Assembly (NCBI GenBank): GCA_036509895.1 | Contig: DATCEV010000055.1 | Span: 12,473-76,472 of the forward strand | DNA length: 64,000 bases | Reading direction: 5' to 3' | Origin: Verrucomicrobiia bacterium | GTDB taxonomy: Bacteria > Verrucomicrobiota > Verrucomicrobiia > Limisphaerales > UBA11358 | Shown: one piece after another, positions 56,037-64,000 of the stretch | Layout: each line of letters opens with the position of its first letter | Numbering within the stretch: position 1 is the stretch's first letter | Made by a program: the position numbers and the translations under genes | The notes under the pieces: model-generated | Databases searched by the model: none | What the model saw: the letters and a program-made list of their open reading frames with translations, nothing else | What the model was told of the DNA's origin: nothing

Positions 56037-57058
56037 CCGCTACCTTCAAAAATCCGCGCGCCAACCACAATTTTCAAGGACGCAGTTGTTCCATCACCGG
56101 CGTCGGCTCGTATGTGCCGGAAAAAATCCTGACGAATGCCGATCTCGAAAAAATGGTCGAGACTTCCGATGAATGGATCACTTCGCGCACGGGAATCAAG
56201 GAACGTCGCATCGCGGCAAAGGATGAATTCACTTCCGACATGGCCGCCAAAGCCGCCGAACGCGCGATGAAAATGGCGGGCGTGACCGGCGAACAAATTG
56301 ACCTGATCATCGTCGCCACGATTACGCCGGACATGCCGTTCCCCGCGACCGCGTGTCTGGTGCAGCAAAAAATCGGCGCGAAACGCGCGGCGGCATTTGA
56401 CCTGGAAGCCGCGTGCTCCGGTTTCATTTACGGCCTTGAAGTCGCGCAGCAATTCGTCATGTCGCAAACCTACGACACCGTGCTGGTCGTCGGTGCGGAA
56501 AAACTTTCTTCGATTGTGGATTGGACCGACCGCAACACCTGCGTGCTTTTTGGCGACGGCGCGGGCGCGGCGATCTTGCAGAACCGCAAAAATTCGCACG
56601 GGCTTTTGACGGCGGTGATGGGCGCGAACGGCGAAAACGCGGAATTACTTTTTATGCCCGGCGGCGGCAGCCGTTGCCCGGCCACGCAAAATTCCGTGGA
56701 CGCGCGAATGCATTATTTGCGGATGGAAGGCAAAGAAACTTTCAAGTGCGCCGTGCAGGCGATGCAATCGGCGGCGGAAGAAGTTTTGAAACGCTGCGAA
56801 CTCGACATCTCAAACATCAAATGCGTCATCCCGCATCAGGCCAACCGCCGGATCATTGACGCGGTCGGCGAACGGCTCGGCGCGACGCCGGAACAACTTT
56901 TCGTGAACCTCGAAAAATACGGCAACACCTCTGCCGCATCCGTGGCCATTGCGCTGGACGAAGCCGTCGCGTCAGGAAAAATTCTGCGCGGCGATTTGAT
57001 TTTATTGATCGTTTTTGGCGCGGGTTTGACGTGGGGCGCGGCAGTGATTGAATGGTGA
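56033..57058 (+). CDS. fabH: 3-oxoacyl-ACP synthase III
   Basis: AACSGF (active-site Cys), HQAN and GNTSAAS. ATGA overlap with plsX. Confidence 0.9.
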   Translation: MTATFKNPRANHNFQGRSCSITGVGSYVPEKILTNADLEKMVETSDEWITSRTGIKERRIAAKDEFTSDMAAKAAERAMKMAGVTGEQIDLIIVATITPDMPFPATACLVQQKIGAKRAAAFDLEAACSGFIYGLEVAQQFVMSQTYDTVLVVGAEKLSSIVDWTDRNTCVLFGDGAGAAILQNRKNSHGLLTAVMGANGENAELLFMPGGGSRCPATQNSVDARMHYLRMEGKETFKCAVQAMQSAAEEVLKRCELDISNIKCVIPHQANRRIIDAVGERLGATPEQLFVNLEKYGNTSAASVAIALDEAVASGKILRGDLILLIVFGAGLTWGAAVIEW

Positions 57059-57116
57059 AAGTCATTTGACGATTGCATCCGGCGTGCTAGATTAAGTCGT
57101 TCTTCTTTTTTATTTT

Positions 57117-57452
57117 ATGAGCGCAAGAAAATTAGCGGGCATGCATTCATTGCAGGAACACGTCACGATGGAAGGCCGTCAGGCGCGTCTGGAACTCGCG
57201 GCGGAATCCATTTCCGTCCAAAAAACCGGCATCGAATTTCGCAGCCCCACGCCGTTCAATGAATGGACGGAAATGACTGTCGCCATCGCTTCGCCGCGCG
57301 ACGGCACGAAGCTCCAATGCAGTGGCGTAGTCATCGCCTGCTCCGGCAATAAACACACCGGCTACCGCGTTTCACTGGTTTTCACGCACGTTTCCGAACA
57401 GGCGCAGGCGCAATTGAATTCAATGGCGCGTTCCGATTTAGGAGCAAACTAA
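57117..57452 (+). CDS. Small beta-rich protein, possibly PilZ-like
   Basis: 111 aa. The weak resemblance to a PilZ barrel (SISVQKTGIEFRS) is tentative. Confidence 0.35.
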   Translation: MSARKLAGMHSLQEHVTMEGRQARLELAAESISVQKTGIEFRSPTPFNEWTEMTVAIASPRDGTKLQCSGVVIACSGNKHTGYRVSLVFTHVSEQAQAQLNSMARSDLGAN

Positions 57453-57488
57453 TCGTTTATTTTCAAAACCACAGGCACTTTTTTGATT

Positions 57489-57521
57489 AACCTTTGCAAA
57501 TTTTGCAAAGGTTATTTTTTT
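57489..57521 (+). terminator. Rho-independent terminator
   Basis: Near-perfect palindrome AACCTTTGCAAA-TT-TTGCAAAGGTT followed by ATTTTTTT. Confidence 0.65.
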
Positions 57522-57556
57522 GACCGGCCACGCCGGGTTTCCTAAACTTTCCGTTC

Positions 57557-58561
57557 ATGAAAATTCTTTTGACCACCACTTCCTTTCAAGACACGCCCGG
57601 CGAACATCACGAGTTGCTCGCCAAAACCGGCTGGGAAATCATCAACGCGCGCGGCCCGCTTAACGAAGCCGATACGCTCGCGCTCGTCGGCGAGGTGGAC
57701 GGCTACATTTGCGGCGACGACGCCATCACGCGCAAAGTTTTGGAAAAGGCGCGCCCAAAACTAAAAGTCATCAGCAAATACGGCATCGGCGTGGACAAGA
57801 TTGACGTGAAGAGCTGCACCGAATTTGGCATTCCCCTGCTCTTCACGCCCGGCGTGAATCATACGACCGTCGCTGAACACACTTTTCTGTTGCTGCTCGC
57901 ATTGGAACAAAATTTTCTTTACGGCGTGGACGCCAGCCGCAAAGGCGAATGGAAACGCAAGACCGGCCATGAAATTTTGGGCAAAACCATCGGCATCATC
58001 GGGCTTGGCCGAATCGGCAAGGAAGTCGCGATTCGCGCGCAGGCGTTCGGCATGAAAATAATCGCGTTCGACCATCATTTCGACGAGGCGTTCGGCAAAC
58101 AATACGGCGTGAAACGCGCCGCGTCGCTCGACGAATTATTTGCCGCGAGCGATTACGTTTCGCTGCACACGAATCTCACGCCGGAGACGCGCGACATGAT
58201 CAACGCCCAAACCCTCGCCAAAATGAAAAAAGGCGTGATTGTTTTGAACTGCGCGCGCGGCGAAATCGTTCACACGCCGGACATGGTGGCCGCGTTGAAA
58301 TCCGGGCAGGTTGGCGGCTATGGCACGGACGTCTTGGATCAAGAACCGCCACCGCCGGATCATCCCCTGCTCAAACTGCCGAATTGCATCGTCACGCCGC
58401 ACATCGCCTCGCGCACTTACGAAAGCGTGGTGCGCCAGGCCACGTGCGCCGTGAAAAATCTCATCTTCGCGATGAATGGCGAAAAACCCGTCGCGCAGGT
58501 GAATCCTGAAGTTGGGTATTGCACAAAGACAAATTCATATAAAGTTCAGCCAAAAGCCTAG
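57557..58561 (+). CDS. D-isomer-specific 2-hydroxyacid dehydrogenase
   Basis: GIIGLGRIGKEVA (NAD-binding), CARGE and TPHIAS. Paralogous fold to serA but lacks an ACT domain. Confidence 0.8.
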   Translation: MKILLTTTSFQDTPGEHHELLAKTGWEIINARGPLNEADTLALVGEVDGYICGDDAITRKVLEKARPKLKVISKYGIGVDKIDVKSCTEFGIPLLFTPGVNHTTVAEHTFLLLLALEQNFLYGVDASRKGEWKRKTGHEILGKTIGIIGLGRIGKEVAIRAQAFGMKIIAFDHHFDEAFGKQYGVKRAASLDELFAASDYVSLHTNLTPETRDMINAQTLAKMKKGVIVLNCARGEIVHTPDMVAALKSGQVGGYGTDVLDQEPPPPDHPLLKLPNCIVTPHIASRTYESVVRQATCAVKNLIFAMNGEKPVAQVNPEVGYCTKTNSYKVQPKA

Positions 58562-58826
58562 AAAATGGCAGACCTCATCGCCGTCGAGCATAATCACAAT
58601 CGGCGATTTAATCCGGGTCAAACGACGGGAAAGAAACCTCACCCGCTATCATCTGGCGACCAAAATGGGCATAGCAACCGCTTTAATTCGCTCTTGGGAG
58701 AACAGCATCGGCCAGCCTAGTCAGCATCAATTAGATCATTTGGCGAAAACGCTGAAAGTGGGAAATGACCTATTTGGTTCGTTTTGCAATCAAAATGCCG
58801 CGAACAATAGTCTCACGGGTAAATAA
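58512..58826 (+). CDS. XRE-family HTH protein, start unclear and possibly frameshifted
   Basis: HTH block IGDLIRVKRRERNLTRYHLATKMGIATALIRSWENSIGQPS. The only in-frame start is a TTG that overlaps the dehydrogenase. An ATG at 58566 is in another frame. Confidence 0.5.
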   Translation: MGIAQRQIHIKFSQKPRKWQTSSPSSIITIGDLIRVKRRERNLTRYHLATKMGIATALIRSWENSIGQPSQHQLDHLAKTLKVGNDLFGSFCNQNAANNSLTGK

Positions 58827-58913
58827 ATCCCGTCCGAAATCGGAGGGCATTATGGCTATGAAATGGAAACCGACAAAACTGATTCAGGAAATGATTATTC
58901 GTGCCTAAAACGC

Positions 58914-59141
58914 TCACTTCTTCATTCGCAGCAATTCCGTCACGGAGACGCCGAGGGCTTTCGTCAAGACGGCGATTTCCTTGCGACCGGCCAGCCGTCC
59001 GGTGCGCTCCCAATACGAGATCATGCGCTGATGGATGCCGGTCAGGTCGGACAATTCCTGCTGGGTCAATCCCTTTTCCATGCGAAGGTGATGAAGCCAC
59101 GCTCCATAAGAATCGCGAGAATGTTTCGGTTTCCTGCCCAC
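58914..59141 (-). CDS. XRE-family HTH regulator
   Basis: WLHHLRMEKGLTQQELSDLTGIHQRMISYWERTGR. GTG start. Confidence 0.75.
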   Translation of the reverse strand: MGRKPKHSRDSYGAWLHHLRMEKGLTQQELSDLTGIHQRMISYWERTGRLAGRKEIAVLTKALGVSVTELLRMKK

Positions 59142-59182
59142 AATGAAACATAATAATGAGGCTAAAAATATTTCTTGCTTTT

Positions 59183-59198
59183 TAGAAATATATTTCTA
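59183..59198. promoter_or_regulatory. Perfect 16-bp palindrome, candidate operator
   Basis: TAGAAATATATTTCTA, plus an extra TATTTCT half-site at 59169-59175. It lies in the divergent region between the XRE gene and the toxin-locus genes. Confidence 0.45.
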
Positions 59199-59431
59199 AA
59201 ATCCAACTCATCAGGCAGGCTCGTTTCCGGCTGCACAACCACAACCAGCAACCAAAAGAAAACTATGATGTATCTCTGTCTAATCTTCATTCCACCACCG
59301 CTTCTGGATTCTTGCTATAGGCCAGGCCAGTTTCAGCTATCGCAAGGAATTCATGGCCCTCCATGCCGAGTTGATCGCCACCAAAATGGCCGAGAAAATG
59401 CAAAAACCAGAACTGCCACCCAAACTTTGAT

Positions 59432-60142
59432 ATGAAACAATTAAAATTAAGTTGCCTCGTTGTTGGTTGTGCGTTGCTTTTAACCATTTTGCCCGGCTGT
59501 CTCCTGCTCATTCCCGCAGCCGTAGGCGGTTATGCCACCATCAAAGCGGTTCAAAATACGACCAAAGGCTCGACAAAGATCACTTTTGACAAGCCCAGCA
59601 TTGAAGACCATAACGTCTTGATCGCCCTTCAAAGTTTTGCCATCTGGCCCTCAGGAGAAACGGCTCAATTGATCTCCAGTTCGTCACTGGCCGAGGGACT
59701 GGACAATGCGCATGAATTCAAAATCACCACCCCGATGCGCGTCACGCAGCTTCTGGCCAGCAATTCGATGCCGCCTATGGTTGAAGAAATGACCGGCCAA
59801 GAACGCGCAGAGACATTCAGCGCTCTGGCACAGAAGGCAGATGTGGACGCCGTTATATTCACCGCGCCCGGCGCCTTCACCTCCGACGACGCGCTGCTTA
59901 AACTTACCCGCGCTTCGACCACCCAAGGTCTTACCTGCTTTATTTATTCGCGCCAAAAAAACGTCATCATCTGGCAGGAAGTCATGAATGTGAAAACATC
60001 ATTAGGCAACGGCGGTTTTGGCAGCGACGCTGTTCAAGCCGAATGCACACAGCAATTGGTTAAAAAAATTCTGCAAGCCACCGGTAAAGATACGGATGCC
60101 GATACAAATATATCAACACTCTCGACAAATTCCCTGCGTTGA
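59432..60142 (+). CDS. Lipoprotein of unknown function
   Basis: Signal peptide with lipobox TILPGC. 236 aa. Confidence 0.6.
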   Translation: MKQLKLSCLVVGCALLLTILPGCLLLIPAAVGGYATIKAVQNTTKGSTKITFDKPSIEDHNVLIALQSFAIWPSGETAQLISSSSLAEGLDNAHEFKITTPMRVTQLLASNSMPPMVEEMTGQERAETFSALAQKADVDAVIFTAPGAFTSDDALLKLTRASTTQGLTCFIYSRQKNVIIWQEVMNVKTSLGNGGFGSDAVQAECTQQLVKKILQATGKDTDADTNISTLSTNSLR

Positions 60143-60269
60143 TTCAAAGCAAATATCTTGAACCGCATTTAATTTGTAAAAACTTGTTTGCAAAGTGAGA
60201 AAAAAAGAATAGAACCAACGCGCAGCATTCTGGTTCGGTCAGGCAATCCATTCGGGAACATCATTGGTT

Positions 60270-62327
60270 ATGAAAACGGAAAAAACGGCGGGCGGTTTTT
60301 CTCGGAATCTCGCATTTACTTTGACCCGCGCCGTGATGGGCGCGGGTCTTTTACTCGCTCTGCTGACAGATGCGGCACAGGCTGACGGGATTGGAGATTT
60401 CGCGCCCGACCCCCTTGATTCATGGTCCTTTTACGACACAAACGCCTGGCCCAATGATTTCGGTTATCCCCCCGTTTCCTTCACCAATCTTACAGCAACC
60501 ATTTTCGGCGATGGCACGGCCTTGGTTTTGGACAGCACCAATGCCGCGTGGCTGCAATACAACGTCATTGAAGATGACGGCACGACCAACCTGACGGTGG
60601 ATGAGGGAAGTGTGACCCTGTGGTTTTTCCCTGATTGGTCCAGCGGGAGCGGGCCGGGCGCATGGGGACAGTTGCTTGATGTCGGCCAATGGACATCAGA
60701 CGCTTCCTACGGCTGGTGGAGTTTGAACGTTGATCCTGCCGGAACGAATCTTTATTTCAGCGCACAGAATAATGCCGGCCTAGGAACCAATTATCTTTCT
60801 GCGCCGATTGCTTGGACGAGCAACCAGTGGCATTTCATCGCCCTGACCTATTCATCCACCAGCACCGCCTTATATCTGGACGGCCCACTGGCGACCAACG
60901 GTGTCGGCATGAGCATCTGGCCTTCATCAAGTGTTCTTGCCAACGGTTTTTACATCGGCAGCGACACCAACGGATTGGCGCAGGCGCGCGGGATGTTCGA
61001 TGATATTTACACTTACAATTCTGTTTTGGATTCAAATACGATCAGCGCCACCTTCACTTCCTTTAACCCGTATTTCTACCTGCTCGATTCGTGGTCTTTC
61101 AATAATACAAACGGGTGGCCGAGCGAGTTGGGTTATGTGGCAGTCTCGTATACCAATCTCACCTCATCTCCGCTCGGCGATAAAGCTGCGGTTGTTTTGG
61201 ACAGCACCAATGACGCCTGGCTGCAATATAACGTCTATGAAACGGACGGACGGACCAATCTGACTGTTGATCAGGGCACAGTGATGTTCTGGTTTGCGCC
61301 GGATTGGGCAAGCACCAATGAAGGCGGCTTTGGGCCGGGTGAATGGGGACAGTTGATCAATGTCGGCCAATGGACACCGGACGCTTCTTACGGTTGGTGG
61401 AGTTTGAATGTTGATCCGGCAGGAGCAAATTTGTATTTCAGCGCGCAGGGCAATGACGGTTCGCAAACCAATTATCTCACCGTCCCCATCGCGTGGACAA
61501 CCAATCGTTGGCACTTCATCGCACTCACCTATTCAGCTACCAACACGGCATTATATCTGGACGGCACGCTGGCAACCAATGGTGTCGGGATGACCATCTG
61601 GCCGACATCCCAAGTGCTTTCCAATGGATTTTATATCGGCAGCGATACCAACGGCGAAAATCAAGCCCACGGAATGTTTGATGACCTATCCACTTACCGG
61701 ATTCCCTTGGACGCCGGCACGATCACCAATGACTTCAGCGACGAGGTATTTGCCTTTTGGGATAATCCCTTGAATGTGGGTAATGATAGTATCCCATCCG
61801 CTGATTCAACTCCCGGCCCGGCATCCCCCATCTATGATGCGATCACCGGAACGGGAGCTTTGCAACTCATCGGCTCGGCGTCCAGTTGCACGAGCAGCAC
61901 GAACGTTTGGATGACCAATGTGGTTGCGGTGATGGTTGGCAGCGGCAGCAATGCCACGATGGACTTGATGTTCACCATCGAAGGCGGTTCCAACACTGTT
62001 CCCTATGATGTCTTTGCCAATTCAGTTTTGTCGTTCGGAACGAACGCACCGTGGGCATGGGAAGGGCAAGGCTATCAGTGCAATACTTACATGCTCACCA
62101 ATTTGCCGAACACGGCCTGCTTCCTGATTTTGGGGACGCCGCAGGATTCGGATGGCGACGGGTTGACGGATGCCTACGAATTGCTTGTCAGTCATACCGA
62201 TCCGAATAATCCCGACACGGACGGCGACGGCATATCGGATTCGGATGAAATCTTAAATGGCACCAATCCGCTGATGAGCAATCCGGCCTTTCCCGCTTCC
62301 TTAAGCATTCAAACCTGTCCGCCCTAA
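60270..62327 (+). CDS. Secreted protein with two tandem LamG/concanavalin-like modules and a C-terminal thrombospondin type-3-like Ca-binding repeat
   Basis: Duplicated blocks WHFIALTYS..ALYLDG..NGFYIGSD..GMFDD. C-terminus DSDGDGLTDAYE..DPNNPDTDGDGISDSDE. Confidence 0.7.
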   Translation: MKTEKTAGGFSRNLAFTLTRAVMGAGLLLALLTDAAQADGIGDFAPDPLDSWSFYDTNAWPNDFGYPPVSFTNLTATIFGDGTALVLDSTNAAWLQYNVIEDDGTTNLTVDEGSVTLWFFPDWSSGSGPGAWGQLLDVGQWTSDASYGWWSLNVDPAGTNLYFSAQNNAGLGTNYLSAPIAWTSNQWHFIALTYSSTSTALYLDGPLATNGVGMSIWPSSSVLANGFYIGSDTNGLAQARGMFDDIYTYNSVLDSNTISATFTSFNPYFYLLDSWSFNNTNGWPSELGYVAVSYTNLTSSPLGDKAAVVLDSTNDAWLQYNVYETDGRTNLTVDQGTVMFWFAPDWASTNEGGFGPGEWGQLINVGQWTPDASYGWWSLNVDPAGANLYFSAQGNDGSQTNYLTVPIAWTTNRWHFIALTYSATNTALYLDGTLATNGVGMTIWPTSQVLSNGFYIGSDTNGENQAHGMFDDLSTYRIPLDAGTITNDFSDEVFAFWDNPLNVGNDSIPSADSTPGPASPIYDAITGTGALQLIGSASSCTSSTNVWMTNVVAVMVGSGSNATMDLMFTIEGGSNTVPYDVFANSVLSFGTNAPWAWEGQGYQCNTYMLTNLPNTACFLILGTPQDSDGDGLTDAYELLVSHTDPNNPDTDGDGISDSDEILNGTNPLMSNPAFPASLSIQTCPP

Positions 62328-62351
62328 AAAACCAATTCAGAATATTCCATC

Positions 62352-64000
62352 ATGAAATCTGACCTTTCCCGGACGCTCGCCGCCAGTGTGCTAGTTGGCT
62401 TGTTTTCCCTCACGCTGGCGCAAGGCGGTTCCTTGACCGATTACGGCTCGACGCCCGCGATAACGCAACCGCAGGGAAACCAGTCGGCAGCCAATCAAAA
62501 ATTGGACTTTCATACCGATCTTTTTACCGGGCGCTTTGGTTATCAAATTCCCGTGGAAACGCCGCCGGCGCGCGGAGGAACCGAGCCGGAAGTGGCGCTC
62601 GAATACAATTCGGCCAACAAGAACAGTTGGTGCGGCGTGGGTTGGGATTTGGATTTCGGCTATATTCAACGCGAAACACGCTACGGCATTCCCATTCCCA
62701 TTGGCGGTTCAGCCTATTCGGATGCCTACGGCTTTACCTTCTCCTTTGGCGGGCATAGCGGGCGTTTGATCAGCAACGGCGGCGGCGTTTATTTCCCCCA
62801 AATCAACACTGACCATCTGAAATTCGTTTATACCAGCGGCTGGTGGATCGTGACGGATAAAAGCGGGCAAACATATTATTTCGGCGAGACAACCGCCGCG
62901 CGCATCGCCAACACGCTCGGCACATTCAAATGGGGATTAAGCAGCGTCCATGACCCCAACGGAAATTTAACTTCGGTCAGCTATTCGGCTGACGACGGCC
63001 AGATGTATTTGAAGGAGATAGATTACAATGGCAACACCAACAGCCCCGGCATCGCCACCAACTGCGCCATTGCCTTTGATCTGGAATCAACCGCCCGCGC
63101 GGACATCAGTTCGAGCGAAATTTCCGGCAGTGAAATCATCACCGAAAAACGCCTGCAAAATATCCGGGTATTAGATCAGGGACAACTGGTCCGGCGTTAT
63201 GCGCTGGCTTACACCATTTCACCATCCACGGGACGATCCTTGCTGCACACCGTGACCGAATACGGATCGGATAACACCACCGCGCTTCCGGTGCATACTT
63301 TTACCTACACAGTGCAAGTGGACGAATATGAATCCACCGTGGCGTGGCCCATTGATTCCCAAGGGACAACGGTAAGCACCGATTACGGCATTGATCCGGC
63401 CAATAGCGAGGCGGCATTGATGGACATCAATGGCGATGGCCTGCCCGACCGGGTATATCAGCCCGATTACAATTCTCCCTTTGATTTTTACTATATGCAA
63501 TTAAACAATGGCAACGGCTTTAATTCTCCCGTGGCCTGGTCTCCCCTTACGGAAGAAGACGGCAGCGGCACCATGCAGTTTAATGATGTAGATTCCTCAT
63601 CTGCCAACAGCCTTTGGAGTCAATCCGTTTCCAGCCTGATTGACATGAACGGCGACGGCTTGCCTGACCGCGTCGTCCGCCAGCACGATCTTAACGGCAG
63701 CGGTGTCTATGACCATTTGCAGGTCCAGCTTAACAACGGCAGCGGGTTCAACACGAGAACATCCTGGACGGGACTTAACAGCGCGGATGCGAGCTTTGCC
63801 GGCGGGGTTATGAATGACGCTTACGCCAAAACGGGGGATGGCGAAGGTGACTTGGCCACCATGATCGACATGAACGGCGACGGTTTGCCTGACCGCGTCA
63901 TGGAAGGCAGCGCCAGCGGGCGGTTTGATGTGCAGATAAATTTGAACAGCTCTTTTTCGAGCCGGGTAGCCTGGGGCAACGTCACTGCTGATGGAACGTA
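62352..64000 (+). CDS. SpvB/TcB-like (Tc toxin B / Rhs-associated) protein N-terminus, open at the window edge
   Basis: Own translation (no stop before 64000). Signal peptide, SpvB block DLFTGRFGYQIPVETPPARGGTEPEVALEYNS..GVGWDL, then three DMNGDGLPDRV FG-GAP/VCBS-like repeats. Confidence 0.8.
   Translation, partial: MKSDLSRTLAASVLVGLFSLTLAQGGSLTDYGSTPAITQPQGNQSAANQKLDFHTDLFTGRFGYQIPVETPPARGGTEPEVALEYNSANKNSWCGVGWDLDFGYIQRETRYGIPIPIGGSAYSDAYGFTFSFGGHSGRLISNGGGVYFPQINTDHLKFVYTSGWWIVTDKSGQTYYFGETTAARIANTLGTFKWGLSSVHDPNGNLTSVSYSADDGQMYLKEIDYNGNTNSPGIATNCAIAFDLESTARADISSSEISGSEIITEKRLQNIRVLDQGQLVRRYALAYTISPSTGRSLLHTVTEYGSDNTTALPVHTFTYTVQVDEYESTVAWPIDSQGTTVSTDYGIDPANSEAALMDINGDGLPDRVYQPDYNSPFDFYYMQLNNGNGFNSPVAWSPLTEEDGSGTMQFNDVDSSSANSLWSQSVSSLIDMNGDGLPDRVVRQHDLNGSGVYDHLQVQLNNGSGFNTRTSWTGLNSADASFAGGVMNDAYAKTGDGEGDLATMIDMNGDGLPDRVMEGSASGRFDVQINLNSSFSSRVAWGNVTADGT

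Noticed and set aside
59175-59511. ORFs 59175..59435 (+) and 59287..59511 (-) in the regulatory gap.
   Set aside because: They are mutually overlapping and have low-complexity or implausible composition. One of them reads through the operator palindrome. No motifs were recognised.

Overview
Mostly a housekeeping chromosomal backbone interrupted by several small accessory insertions. Gene content and the short palindromic repeat families suggest a Verrucomicrobiota/PVC-group bacterium; this is inference and cannot be verified here. Backbone genes: lptA-lptC-kdsC-[hicBA]-kdsA, nth, ilvA, kamA, serA, an ntrC-like regulator, sufD-sufU, an lpxL-like gene, waaF, cysE, hflX, glgC, gmhA, hemB, argF/argD/argB, coaD, yceD-rpmF-plsX-fabH and one tRNA-Leu(CAG). 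I saw no rRNA, CRISPR array, transposase or integrase. Main observations: (1) a complete Ile-codon leader-peptide attenuator upstream of ilvA. (2) An AT-richer three-gene secreted module at 28.0-31.5 kb: a frameshifted protein with a caspase/CHAT-like His-Cys dyad, followed by two PepSY-like proteins. (3) Eleven exactly 21-bp-phased degenerate repeats immediately upstream of the glgC promoter. (4) Several palindromic repeat families that sit in-frame inside waaF, sufD and the ntrC-like gene, and that supply stop or start codons of neighbouring genes. (5) A toxin locus at the right edge: two XRE regulators, a lipoprotein, a duplicated LamG protein and an SpvB/TcB-like protein that runs off the window. 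(6) Multiple small TA-like modules: two hicBA pairs (one inside the KDO/LPS operon), a DUF4160/DUF2442 pair and a decayed Phd-like antitoxin. All coordinates derived by hand from raw sequence may be off by a base or two. Function calls rest on motif recognition only; no database search was possible.
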